Part shown: in pieces, positions 28,847-38,339 of the stretch
How positions within the stretch are numbered: position 1 is the stretch's first letter
Layout: the number at the start of each line of letters is the position of its first letter
IMG/VR virus record: IMGVR_UViG_3300028025_002039
Location: 1-61,230 of that record
Source of the DNA: a virus
Taxonomy: Duplodnaviria; Caudoviricetes
DNA length: 61,230 nucleotides
Direction: 5' to 3' (one strand)
Translations under genes and position numbers: made by a program
Notes under the pieces: model-generated
Database searches by the model: none
What the model saw: the letters and a program-made list of their open reading frames with translations, nothing else
Told to the model about the DNA's origin: nothing

Positions 28847-29500
28847 ATGAGCGTAATTAAAGGGCTAAAAGATATCGGTGCACTAATGGATAAGCCAAAG
28901 TACGAAAACACAGGTCAGAAAGTTCGTTGGGTCAAGTTGGCTGACGGACAGTCTGCAAAGATTCGATTCGTCGAAGAACTAGACAGCGACTCAGCAAACT
29001 TTGCTGAAGAGCGTGGTCTCTCTGTAGTAATTGCAGAACACACTAATCCAAAGGATTACAAGCGTAAGGCAGCATGTACCATCGATTCAGAGGGTCGTTG
29101 CTACGGTTGTGAAATGGCTCGTAAGGAGCCAAAGGGTGGATGGCGTTCACGCCTTCGTTGGTACGGTAACGTAATCATCGATGATGGAACCGAAGCACCA
29201 TATGTGGCTGTATGGTCACAGGGCATTTCAAAGCAGTCTGCTTTCGGTAACCTCCGTGAGTATGCTATTGAGACTGGCTCAATCTCAAACCTTGAGTGGA
29301 AGATTAAGCGTAATGGTCAGGGAACTGAAACCAACTACACCTTGCTTCCAACCAAGCCAGATTCAGAACCACACAAGTGGGGCGAACTGGAAACATTCGA
29401 CCTTGAGAAGGTTGTCCGTGAAGTTAAGTACGAAGACCAAGAAAACTTCTACTTCGGATTTGAAAACACTTCAGTAACTGCCAGCAACACTGACTGGTAG
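28847..29500 (+). CDS. Single-stranded DNA-binding protein (gp32-like)
   Basis: CYGC zinc motif; KIKRNGQGTETNY; acidic/aromatic C-terminus; position. Confidence 0.7.
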   Translation: MSVIKGLKDIGALMDKPKYENTGQKVRWVKLADGQSAKIRFVEELDSDSANFAEERGLSVVIAEHTNPKDYKRKAACTIDSEGRCYGCEMARKEPKGGWRSRLRWYGNVIIDDGTEAPYVAVWSQGISKQSAFGNLREYAIETGSISNLEWKIKRNGQGTETNYTLLPTKPDSEPHKWGELETFDLEKVVREVKYEDQENFYFGFENTSVTASNTDW

Positions 29501-29512
29501 TACCCATTGACT

Positions 29513-29548
29513 GTGGGGGTAGGTGACCAACATCCTTACCCCCACTTT
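29513..29548 (+). terminator. Intrinsic terminator
   Basis: GTGGGGGTAGG...CCTTACCCCCAC followed by TTT. Confidence 0.7.
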
Positions 29549-29615
29549 CGTCACTTGACAAGAACACCCAGATGCATTATACTTGTAATACAATAACTAC
29601 TAACAAAGGTAAATA

Positions 29616-32600
29616 ATGAGCAGTTACGCTCCACTTCACGTTCACACACACTATAGTCTATTTGATGGCATTGCCACCCCACAGGAGTACGTTGACCGTG
29701 CTGTATCTGTCGGTATGACTTCTATTTCAATCACAGACCACGGTTCTCTTTCGGGACACCGTGAGATGTATCGTGCTGCAAAAGCATCAGGTATCAAGCC
29801 AATCCTTGGAGTCGAAGGGTACATCTGTAAAGACCGCTTTGACCACGAAGAAAAGGATAAGGAAGACCTACTTAATCTAAACTACAACCACCTTATCATC
29901 CTTGCTAAGAATGCACAGGGTCTAGAGAACCTTAACAAGTTGAACGAACTTGCCTGGACTGAAGGCTTCTACAAGAAGCCACGCATGGACTGGGACATTC
30001 TTGAGAAATACAAGGATGGTCTAGTAATTACTTCAGGATGTCTATCAGGATATCTCTGCAAGGCTATCGAAGCAGACAACCTAGCAGTAGCCAAGGAACA
30101 CATCCAGTGGGCTAAGAAAACATTTGGTGACAACTACTACATTGAAGTTATGCCACACAACCCACCAGAAGTAAACAAGTTGCTACTTGACCTTGCTGAC
30201 GAGTTTGGTGTCAAGCCTGTTATTACTCCAGACTGCCACCACGCAGACTCTTCACAGCGTGAGATTCAGGAACTTAAACTAATCCTAAACTCATACTCTA
30301 ACAAGGTAGTTGGCGATGCAAACTTTGCTGGTACTCAAGAGTATGACAACTTGCTAGATAAACTAGATTACCTTTACGGTGCAGACCGTCAGATGTCATT
30401 CAAGGACTTTGAGATTCACCTACTGTCTGACGAAGAAATGCGTAACGCTATGCTAAAGCAGGGTATTGACCGTGAGGACATGTATCAGAACAGCATTGAC
30501 ATTGCAGAACAGATTGAAGACTATGACCTGCCAGACCACCTTGACCTACTGCCTGTGCAGTACCAAGACCCAGACACAGAACTAAAAGAACTGGCTATGG
30601 CTGGTCTTGTTGAACGTGGTCTTGCTGACAAACAGGAATACCTAGACCGCCTAGATGAAGAACTTACTATCATTAAGGACAAGAAGTTCGGTCCTTACTT
30701 CCTAGTTGTTCGTAACATGATTAACTGGGCTAAGAAAGAAGACGTAATGGTTGGTCCAGGACGTGGTTCGTCTGCTGGCTCGTTGCTCTGCTACACGCTG
30801 GGCATTACAGACATTGACCCAATCCAACACGGTCTGCTGTTCTTTCGATTCATTAACCCAGAGCGTAATGACTTCCCAGATATCGATACAGATATTCAAG
30901 ACTCACGCAGAGAAGATGTTAAAGACTATCTAGTTAGACAGTATCGCCACGTTGCTTCGATTGCAACCTTTCTTGAGTTTAAGGGCAAGGGTGTTGTTCG
31001 TGACATTGCTCGTGTGCTAAACATTCCACTAGCAGATGTAAACAAGGTTCTTAAACTTGTTGACGACTGGGACGACTACCTAACTTCTAAATCAACTGCA
31101 GAGTTCCGTGAGAAGTATCCAGAGATTGAATACTACGGTGAGCAACTTCGTGGTCGTATTCGTGGTACTGGTATCCACGCTGCTGGTGTTGTAACCTCTA
31201 AGGAGCCTATCTTCAAGTTCGCTCCGCTAGAAACTCGTACAGCCCCAGGTAGCAAGGAACGCATTCCAGTAGTAGCAGTAGACATGGAAGAAGCAGAGCG
31301 TATTGGTCTGATTAAGATTGATGCTCTGGGTCTAAAGACCCTATCTGTTGTCCAGGATACTATTAAGATTATTAAGGAGCGTTCTGGTACAGACATTGAC
31401 CTACACGCCTTGAACATGGAAGACGCAAATGTATATCGTATGCTATCTGACGGATACACCAAGGGTGTGTTCCAGTGTGAAGCGACACCATACACCAACC
31501 TGCTAGTTAAGATGGGTGTCAAAAACTTTAACGAGTTGGCTGCTTCTAACGCTCTGGTTCGCCCAGGTGCTATGAATACTATTGGTAAAGACTACATTGC
31601 TCGTAAGCACGGTAAGCAGAACATCTCTTACCACCACCAGTTGATGAAGCCATTCACAATTGACACCTACGGATGTATCTTGTATCAGGAACAGGTTATG
31701 CAAGCCTGTACAGAACTTGGCGGTATGACAATGGCTGAGGCTGACAAGGTTCGTAAGATTATTGGTAAGAAGAAAGATGCCAAGGAGTTCGACCAGTTCC
31801 AAGAGCAATTTGTTAATGGTGCTTCTCGCTTCATGTCGCCTAACCTTGCTAAGGATTTGTGGACAGACTTTGAGGCTCACGCTGGATACTCATTCAACAA
31901 GTCTCACGCTGTAGCCTACTCAACTGTTTCTTACTGGACAGCATGGCTGAAGTACTACTACCCAATTGAGTTTATGTTTGCATTGCTCAAGAACGAAAGC
32001 GACAAGGATGCTCGCACAGAGTACCTGATTGAAGCAAAGCGTATGGGTATTCAGGTCAAGTTGCCACACATCAACGACTCTGACATCGACTTCAAGATTG
32101 AGGGCAAGGGTATTCGCTTTGGTCTATCGTCTATTAAGTTTATTAGCGATAACATTGCAGAGAAGTACATGTCTGCTCGTCCATTCAAGTCTTACAAAGA
32201 ACTTGAGGAGTTCACCTTTGGTAAGGGTAACGGAGTAAACTCTCGTGCCTTGCAAGCACTAAAAGTTATTGGTGCTGCAACCTTTGAAGACAATCCACGC
32301 AACGATGAAGAAGTCAGGGAGAACCTGTACGAGTATCTAAACTTGCCAGAGTTCAACATGTCTGTTCCGTCACACTACCACGCATTTATTAATGATGTAG
32401 AAGAGTATGAGGAAAAGGGTGCTTACGTTCTTATGGGAATGGTCAAGACAATTAAGCGTGGTAAGGGCTGGTCTCGTGTAGAGATTCTGGATAAGACTGG
32501 TAGCACTGGTATCTTCGACGAAGAGCAGTCTACTGTCGAAGCAGGTCGTACCTACATTATTCTAGCAAGCGACAATCGTATCGTCACAGCAATTCCTGTG

Positions 32601-32894
32601 GACGAAGCCAAGGGTAACACTAGCGGATTGATTAAGATTCTTAACTTCCGTCAACTACCCTACAAGGATGATGAACTGTATGTTGTATCATTCAAGTCAA
32701 GAGTTACCAAGGCTGGCAAGAAGATGGCTTCTTTGGTCTTGGCAGATTCTTCAAGGGAACTACACAGCGTTACCGTGTTCCCCACTGCCTATCCAAAGGC
32801 TTACATGAAGATTGATGAAGGTAACGTATACAAATTCTCTTTGGGTAAAACTAAAGATGGAACAACTATTATGGAGGACGTATTTAATGTTTGA
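29616..32894 (+). CDS. dnaE: DNA polymerase III alpha subunit (family C)
   Basis: PHP domain HVHTHYS/TDHG; GRGSSAGS; FPDIDTD; YSFNKSHA; C-terminal OB fold. Confidence 0.97.
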   Translation: MSSYAPLHVHTHYSLFDGIATPQEYVDRAVSVGMTSISITDHGSLSGHREMYRAAKASGIKPILGVEGYICKDRFDHEEKDKEDLLNLNYNHLIILAKNAQGLENLNKLNELAWTEGFYKKPRMDWDILEKYKDGLVITSGCLSGYLCKAIEADNLAVAKEHIQWAKKTFGDNYYIEVMPHNPPEVNKLLLDLADEFGVKPVITPDCHHADSSQREIQELKLILNSYSNKVVGDANFAGTQEYDNLLDKLDYLYGADRQMSFKDFEIHLLSDEEMRNAMLKQGIDREDMYQNSIDIAEQIEDYDLPDHLDLLPVQYQDPDTELKELAMAGLVERGLADKQEYLDRLDEELTIIKDKKFGPYFLVVRNMINWAKKEDVMVGPGRGSSAGSLLCYTLGITDIDPIQHGLLFFRFINPERNDFPDIDTDIQDSRREDVKDYLVRQYRHVASIATFLEFKGKGVVRDIARVLNIPLADVNKVLKLVDDWDDYLTSKSTAEFREKYPEIEYYGEQLRGRIRGTGIHAAGVVTSKEPIFKFAPLETRTAPGSKERIPVVAVDMEEAERIGLIKIDALGLKTLSVVQDTIKIIKERSGTDIDLHALNMEDANVYRMLSDGYTKGVFQCEATPYTNLLVKMGVKNFNELAASNALVRPGAMNTIGKDYIARKHGKQNISYHHQLMKPFTIDTYGCILYQEQVMQACTELGGMTMAEADKVRKIIGKKKDAKEFDQFQEQFVNGASRFMSPNLAKDLWTDFEAHAGYSFNKSHAVAYSTVSYWTAWLKYYYPIEFMFALLKNESDKDARTEYLIEAKRMGIQVKLPHINDSDIDFKIEGKGIRFGLSSIKFISDNIAEKYMSARPFKSYKELEEFTFGKGNGVNSRALQALKVIGAATFEDNPRNDEEVRENLYEYLNLPEFNMSVPSHYHAFINDVEEYEEKGAYVLMGMVKTIKRGKGWSRVEILDKTGSTGIFDEEQSTVEAGRTYIILASDNRIVTAIPVDEAKGNTSGLIKILNFRQLPYKDDELYVVSFKSRVTKAGKKMASLVLADSSRELHSVTVFPTAYPKAYMKIDEGNVYKFSLGKTKDGTTIMEDVFNV

Positions 32895-33222
32895 TGAACT
32901 AGCAATGCAACTGCACGAAACCGCAGTCAAAAAAGGTTTCTGGAAAGTAATTGACGAGGCTACCACCGAGCAGGTAGACATATTCGTAACTAAACAACTA
33001 ATGATGATTGTGTCAGAAGTTACTGAGGTTATGGAAGCAATCCGCAAAGACAAGGGCGAAGACGAAATTGCTGCAGAGTTTGCAGACATTCTTATTCGCA
33101 CACTTGACCTGTATGCTGGTCTGGTAGAGCAGGGCTACACAACTGTATCGCTAGACTACGCACTTGACAAGAAGACTGGGTTCAATGAGACTCGTCCAGA
33201 GAAGCATGGGGTACGTTTCTAA
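32887..33222 (+). CDS. MazG-like NTP pyrophosphohydrolase
   Basis: SEVTEVMEAIRK...EFADILIRTLDL; GGAGG RBS before ATG 32887. Confidence 0.8.
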   Translation: MFDELAMQLHETAVKKGFWKVIDEATTEQVDIFVTKQLMMIVSEVTEVMEAIRKDKGEDEIAAEFADILIRTLDLYAGLVEQGYTTVSLDYALDKKTGFNETRPEKHGVRF

Positions 33223-33449
33223 TGGCTGTTGTTGTATATACAAATCCAAACTGCGTTCAGTGCGAGCAGACCAAGAAGTTCTTGGACAAGGAGGGCATTG
33301 AATACACTGTAGAGAATCTGCAATCAGACGACAACTACGAGAAGTTGGTTGACTTCGTTAATCGTGGATTCAAGTCTGCACCAATTGTTGTAACAGATAC
33401 AGAAACCTGGTCTGGATATAAGCCAGACAAGTTGGGAGCAATCAAATGA
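33222..33449 (+). CDS. nrdH: NrdH-like glutaredoxin
   Basis: CVQC active site; SAPIVV; WSGYKPD. Confidence 0.9.
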   Translation: MAVVVYTNPNCVQCEQTKKFLDKEGIEYTVENLQSDDNYEKLVDFVNRGFKSAPIVVTDTETWSGYKPDKLGAIK

Positions 33450-34459
33450 CCACATTCGAAGAAGCAATGGCACAACTAGACCCACGCATTCGTAAGCGTT
33501 TGTCTAACGGTACAGGGTTTGAAACAACCTATCAGGCTACTCCTAGTTTTGGTCTTAACCGTGCTCTGCTCGGTGGACTACCAATGGGTCGTCAAGTATT
33601 AATCTGGGGAAGCAAGTCGTCTGCAAAGTCTTCACTTTGTCTACAGATGATTGCTCAAGCACAAGAAGAGGGTAAATTATGTGCTTGGATTGATGCTGAG
33701 ATGTCCTACTCGGAAGACTGGGCTAAGAAACTTGGGGTAGATACAGACAACCTAATCGTCTCACAGGCTCGTACAATTAACGAGATGGTAGATGTAGGAA
33801 CTAATCTAATGAATGCTGGTGTAGATATCATCGTGGTTGACTCAATCACATCGCTACTACCTGCTATTTATTTTGAGAAGGATACTGACGAACTCAAGCA
33901 ACTTGAGAACACCAAGCAGATTGGTGCAGAGTCTCGTGATTTCAGCAACGCATGGAAGATGCTTAACTATGCTAATAACAAAGTCAAGCCTACGCTATTC
34001 GTTCTGATTAGCCAGAGCCGTAACAACATCTCTGCTATGTACACTAGCCAACAGCCAACAGGTGGACAGGCTACCAAGTTCTATTCATCAACAGTAATTA
34101 AACTATTTAGTTCTGAGTCAGACAACCAAGCCATCAAAGGCAAGATTGCTATTGGCGATAAGTTGATTGAAGAAAAGATTGGTCGTAAGGTTCGTTGGGA
34201 ACTTCAGTTCTCTAAGACATCTCCAGGCTTCCAGTCTGGCGAGTATGACTTCTACTTCAGAGGTCCTCTCGTAGGCATAGACAGCATTGGAGACTTGGTT
34301 GACACTGCAGAGATGATGGGCATTGTAGAGCGTACAGGAGCCTGGTACATCCTTCCTGACGGCACTAAGTTGCAGGGCAGAGATAAGTTCGTAGCAAGAG
34401 TACGAGAAGACCTAGACCTACAGGACAGCATTAAGGCTATGGTAAGTAGCAATGGCTAA
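33446..34459 (+). CDS. recA: RecA/UvsX-like recombinase
   Basis: GGLPMGR; variant Walker A GSKSSAKS; WIDAE; IVVDS; PTGG. Confidence 0.9.
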   Translation: MTTFEEAMAQLDPRIRKRLSNGTGFETTYQATPSFGLNRALLGGLPMGRQVLIWGSKSSAKSSLCLQMIAQAQEEGKLCAWIDAEMSYSEDWAKKLGVDTDNLIVSQARTINEMVDVGTNLMNAGVDIIVVDSITSLLPAIYFEKDTDELKQLENTKQIGAESRDFSNAWKMLNYANNKVKPTLFVLISQSRNNISAMYTSQQPTGGQATKFYSSTVIKLFSSESDNQAIKGKIAIGDKLIEEKIGRKVRWELQFSKTSPGFQSGEYDFYFRGPLVGIDSIGDLVDTAEMMGIVERTGAWYILPDGTKLQGRDKFVARVREDLDLQDSIKAMVSSNG

Positions 34460-34622
34460 GTACACTATTTATCCTGGTAAGTTTCCTTGCCACACTTGCA
34501 AAGTAGAAGTAAAGACTGTAAGGGTGTATCCCGAAACTAAAGAGATTACATGGATGTGTCCCGAAAAACATGTCAGTGTGGTAAACTTGAGTACAAAGAA
34601 ATCTAGGAAGGATTATGAGTGA
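34452..34622 (+). CDS. Small zinc-ribbon protein (56 aa, not in ORF track)
   Basis: MAKYTIYPGKFPCHTC...WMCPEKH; coupled to both neighbours. Confidence 0.6.
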   Translation: MAKYTIYPGKFPCHTCKVEVKTVRVYPETKEITWMCPEKHVSVVNLSTKKSRKDYE

Positions 34623-34914
34623 GCGTAGTGAGTCTAAGCGTATCGATGCCAAACAGCACAAGAACTCTGGTAGGAACACCCACAAGGGTGACGCTACCTG
34701 GAGAAATTTTACAGCCGATTTCAAGGAGGTTGGCAAGTCCTTTACGCTTAACAAAGAGGTCTGGGCTAAGGCTACTACTGATGCTATCCGCAATAACAAT
34801 GACCCTATCATTATTGTCGTACTGGGCGATTCAGGAGTCAAGACTCGCCTCGCTGTTATTGAGTTCAGCCTGTTAGAGATGATACTTGACCAATTGCCCC
34901 CAGATAGTGTATAA
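34615..34914 (+). CDS. PD-(D/E)XK Holliday-junction-resolvase-like nuclease
   Basis: NSG...KGD...ADFK motif. Confidence 0.6.
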   Translation: MSERSESKRIDAKQHKNSGRNTHKGDATWRNFTADFKEVGKSFTLNKEVWAKATTDAIRNNNDPIIIVVLGDSGVKTRLAVIEFSLLEMILDQLPPDSV

Positions 34915-34940
34915 TAGAACTACAACATTAAGGAAACAAA

Positions 34941-35246
34941 ATGGAACAAAACACTAACACAATTGATATGGTCAATGGTCTCACAGAGATTGCTGACTAC
35001 ATGAATGACGAGGAACTGACTACTGCTCTTACTTTTATTGCTAAGGTAATTCTTAAGCCAGACATTCCGCTAAATGTTGCTCAAGTGGAAATCGTTCGTT
35101 TGCAAGCAATTGCTGCGAAGATGTCCTTCAAAGCCACATGGCTAACCAATGTAGAAAAAGGAGATAGAGCGAAGAAGAATATTTATTACACCGCTGCTGA
35201 GTCAATCAACAACTTAGTTTCGGCTCTTAAATATATTACTCGCTAG
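34941..35246 (+). CDS. Hypothetical helical protein
   Basis: Promoter and RBS upstream. Confidence 0.55.
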   Translation: MEQNTNTIDMVNGLTEIADYMNDEELTTALTFIAKVILKPDIPLNVAQVEIVRLQAIAAKMSFKATWLTNVEKGDRAKKNIYYTAAESINNLVSALKYITR

Positions 35247-35253
35247 TATTAAC

Positions 35254-36063
35254 ATGGCTAAAAGTTTATTGCAACAAGTAATGCTCAAGAAGATTGATTC
35301 GAATCCTAATTCGAAGCCATCGTTCCTTGACAAAGACGCACTGATTGAAAAGATTAACTCTGGTTATACTGTCAATCGTGTAGATAAGTTTCAGACTAAG
35401 AAGACCTTTGCACCTAGCACAATTGCATTCTCTCACGGAGAGTGTCCTCGTTACTGGTACTTAGCATTCGAAGGTGCAAACTTCGTAGACAACGCCGATG
35501 CCTATGGCGGTGCTAACATGACCGCTGGTACAAAGGCACACGAAAGAATCCAGGAAGCAATGGGCAACGTCCCAGGACTTCTGGTTGATTCTGAATTTAA
35601 GGTTACATACAATGACCCACCTATCTTCGGATACGGTGACGTTATTCTTAACTGGGAAGACTCAGAACTTCTTGGCGAAATTAAGACAATGCCTAATGAA
35701 GGCTTTGAGTATCGTAAAACTGCAGGGAAGCCTAAACTGGGACACATGGTCCAGTTACTTATTTATATGAAGATTCTTAATAAGAATAAGGCAATCCTGA
35801 TTTATGAGAACAAGAACAATCACGAACTGTTGATTTTTCCTGTAGAATTAAATCAGTACATGTACGAGTGGGTAGAGAACACTTTTGAGTGGATGCGTAA
35901 TGTTCGAAAGGCTTGGGACGATAAAACCCTGCCAGAGAAGAACTACCGTAGCAACTCAAAGATTTGCAAGACATGCCCTATTCAGGCTGCCTGTGCATCT
36001 GCTGGTTCTGGAGAGATTAAAATTAAATCTTTGGAGCCACTAGATGAAAAGCAAACACTGTAG
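35254..36063 (+). CDS. Cas4-like PD-(D/E)XK exonuclease
   Basis: CPRYW; GTKAHE; GYGD...GEIKT; QLLIY; C-terminal CKTCP...C Fe-S cysteines. Confidence 0.85.
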   Translation: MAKSLLQQVMLKKIDSNPNSKPSFLDKDALIEKINSGYTVNRVDKFQTKKTFAPSTIAFSHGECPRYWYLAFEGANFVDNADAYGGANMTAGTKAHERIQEAMGNVPGLLVDSEFKVTYNDPPIFGYGDVILNWEDSELLGEIKTMPNEGFEYRKTAGKPKLGHMVQLLIYMKILNKNKAILIYENKNNHELLIFPVELNQYMYEWVENTFEWMRNVRKAWDDKTLPEKNYRSNSKICKTCPIQAACASAGSGEIKIKSLEPLDEKQTL

Positions 36064-36343
36064 TTACTGCGATAACCAGTTCGATACCAAGTTATCTTAC
36101 CAGATATACTGCTCTGCCCTGTGTAGGGAAGAAGCAACAAAAGAAAAAATTGTTGAAAAGTATAATCGGGACAAGGTAAAAAAGCGTCAGGGTAAGAACA
36201 GACCCTGTAAGTCTTGCGGTAAACAAATGTCAGCCTATAACGATAGCCAGACCTGTTTATCCTGCGAGTCTAATCCTGATGATGTAAACCAAGTACTAAA
36301 AGAGATGAAGAGGATTGCAAATGGTAAAATTGAATTTGATTAA
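36044..36343 (+). CDS. Cys-rich zinc-finger protein
   Basis: Four Cys pairs (CSYC, CSALC, CKSC, CLSC). Confidence 0.6.
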   Translation: MKSKHCSYCDNQFDTKLSYQIYCSALCREEATKEKIVEKYNRDKVKKRQGKNRPCKSCGKQMSAYNDSQTCLSCESNPDDVNQVLKEMKRIANGKIEFD

Positions 36344-36896
36344 TAAGCCAAAGCAGTTCTGTGCAATTGATGCTAGTACCAATAGCCTTGCCTTTGCAAT
36401 CTTTGAAGATAAGAAAATTGTTGCTTGTGGCAAGATTGAGTTTGCAGGTCTAACTACATACGATAAGGTCATGGACTCTGCCAGAAAGACCAAGGCATTC
36501 TTTGACCACTTCAACTTTGAAGCAATCATAATTGAACACACAGTATTTATGAACAGCCCTAAGACTGCTGCACAACTGGCGATGGTCCAGGGAGCACTTC
36601 TTGGGGCTGCTTCAATGTCTGGGGTAAAGAAGATTGGCTCAGTCTCACCTATGACATGGCAGAACTTTATTGGTAATAAGAAACTAACTAAAGAAGAAAA
36701 GCATGAGATTCAGAAAAAGAATCCAGGCAAGTCTGTGTCTTGGTTTAAGAATGAAGAACGCAAGGTTAGAAAGCAAAGAACAATTAACTTCATTAATATT
36801 AATTATGATAAGCAGTTGGAAGATGATGATGTTGCAGATGCGTGTGCAATTGGTCACTGGGCATTGTCTAACTGGGACAAGGCTTTCGGGTATTGA
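36321..36896 (+). CDS. RuvC-like resolvase
   Basis: AIDAST; IIEH; QGALLG; DDVADACAIG. Confidence 0.85.
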   Translation: MVKLNLINKPKQFCAIDASTNSLAFAIFEDKKIVACGKIEFAGLTTYDKVMDSARKTKAFFDHFNFEAIIIEHTVFMNSPKTAAQLAMVQGALLGAASMSGVKKIGSVSPMTWQNFIGNKKLTKEEKHEIQKKNPGKSVSWFKNEERKVRKQRTINFININYDKQLEDDDVADACAIGHWALSNWDKAFGY

Positions 36897-36900
36897 CATC

Positions 36901-37056
36901 ATGGCAAATAAGTTGTATACTAGTGAAGCGTGGTTAAAGAAGCGTTACCACTTAGATAAGAAAACGCCTCAAGATATTGCAAAAGAATGTGGCACGAGCG
37001 TAGAAACTATCTATGTCTATCTAGCCAAGTTCGGATTAAGGAAATCAAAACGATGA
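36901..37056 (+). CDS. Small HTH protein
   Basis: WLKKRY...TPQDIAKECGTSVETIYVYLAKFG. Confidence 0.7.
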   Translation: MANKLYTSEAWLKKRYHLDKKTPQDIAKECGTSVETIYVYLAKFGLRKSKR

Positions 37057-37529
37057 AGAAGACCGCACTAGCCCTAGCATTAGGGCTTACATTAGCAACC
37101 ACTGGTTGCTCCCAACCACAGCAGGTAGTCTCTGCAGACAATTGCGTTACGGTTATTGTTGACTTCCAGTCTCTAAAGAGTGAGAAGATTCAGACCTGCG
37201 TAATCGCTGGCTCCGCTATCGATGCTATGACTGCATTCAATCTTGCAGGGTATTCGATTGCTGGTACAGACAAGTATGGTCTACAGATTATCTGTCGTGT
37301 TAATGGACTGCCAGATGCTAAGAACCCAATCATCAGCAAGGACCAAGACACCTACGTTGAGAAGTGTGCAGACATGCCAGCAGAGTTTGCTTACTGGGCA
37401 TTGCTTATTCGCACACCAGAAAAAGACTGGACTTACGCTGACAAGGGCATTGCAGAACTAACTATCAAACCTGGAGAACAGGTAGCCCTACTATTTTCGG
37501 TAGATGGAAAGTTGGAGTTGCCTAACTAA
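37053..37529 (+). CDS. Lipoprotein with a transcobalamin-C/DUF4430-like domain (putative B12 binding)
   Basis: Signal MKKTALALALGLTLATTG|C; VIVDF, ICRVNGLP, AYWALL, WTYADKGI...IKPGE motifs. Confidence 0.55.
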   Translation: MKKTALALALGLTLATTGCSQPQQVVSADNCVTVIVDFQSLKSEKIQTCVIAGSAIDAMTAFNLAGYSIAGTDKYGLQIICRVNGLPDAKNPIISKDQDTYVEKCADMPAEFAYWALLIRTPEKDWTYADKGIAELTIKPGEQVALLFSVDGKLELPN

Positions 37530-37816
37530 TGATTAGTCGCAGGAAAACAAAGCCAGCACCAAGTAAATTCTCTCGTGTATACGAACTACAGGTTGGCACA
37601 TTCACAATCGTCAAGGGTGATATAATTAAGATACAGGATGAACACGGACGCAAGTTCAAGTTCGATAGTGTTGTTACCAATACTGAGACTGGTGCAATGT
37701 GGATAGACTGCTTTGAAGTGCAAAAAGCAACGTCAGGACAGTACTGCTCATTTGCAATTGAGAGAGTAAAGAGAATTCCTACTCGTAGGGGAAAGCGTAA
37801 GAAGATTGTCAATTGA
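37529..37816 (+). CDS. Hypothetical basic protein (possibly SH3-like)
   Basis: Coupled ORF. Confidence 0.5.
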   Translation: MISRRKTKPAPSKFSRVYELQVGTFTIVKGDIIKIQDEHGRKFKFDSVVTNTETGAMWIDCFEVQKATSGQYCSFAIERVKRIPTRRGKRKKIVN

Positions 37817-38339
37817 AGACTTAACGGTTGAGCATCTTGACGAGATGAACAAAGTTGTGGAGAAGTATCTCCAAGGCGAAGAGCCAACAGCCATCTCTAA
37901 AGAACTTGCTTTGCCACGTCAAAAAGTTGTTGCACACATTAACCAATGGCGTGTAATGGCTTCTGACAATGCTGCTATCCGTGCCAGGGCTAAGGAAGCC
38001 TTGGTCGGAGCAGACACGCACTATAACAAACTAATTAGTAAAGCATATGAAGTTATCGATGATGCAACCACCACAGCCAATCTAGGTGCTAAGACCGCAG
38101 GTATCAAACTTGTGATGGACCTAGAGAAGACTCGTATCGATATGCTACAAAAGGCTGGTCTACTTGAGAACAAAGAACTCGCAGAAGAAATGCTAGAGAT
38201 TGAACGCAAGCAGGATATCCTTGTTGGTATTCTTAGAGATATTGCAAGTGAATATCCGCAGGTACGAGACGAGATTATGCGTAGGCTTTCTCAGGTATCC
38301 AAGGAGCAGGAAGTAATAACTATTGTCAATGTTCAATGA
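37806..38339 (+). CDS. Terminase small subunit
   Basis: N-terminal HTH plus helical oligomerisation region; directly upstream of the large subunit. Confidence 0.7.
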   Translation: MSIEDLTVEHLDEMNKVVEKYLQGEEPTAISKELALPRQKVVAHINQWRVMASDNAAIRARAKEALVGADTHYNKLISKAYEVIDDATTTANLGAKTAGIKLVMDLEKTRIDMLQKAGLLENKELAEEMLEIERKQDILVGILRDIASEYPQVRDEIMRRLSQVSKEQEVITIVNVQ

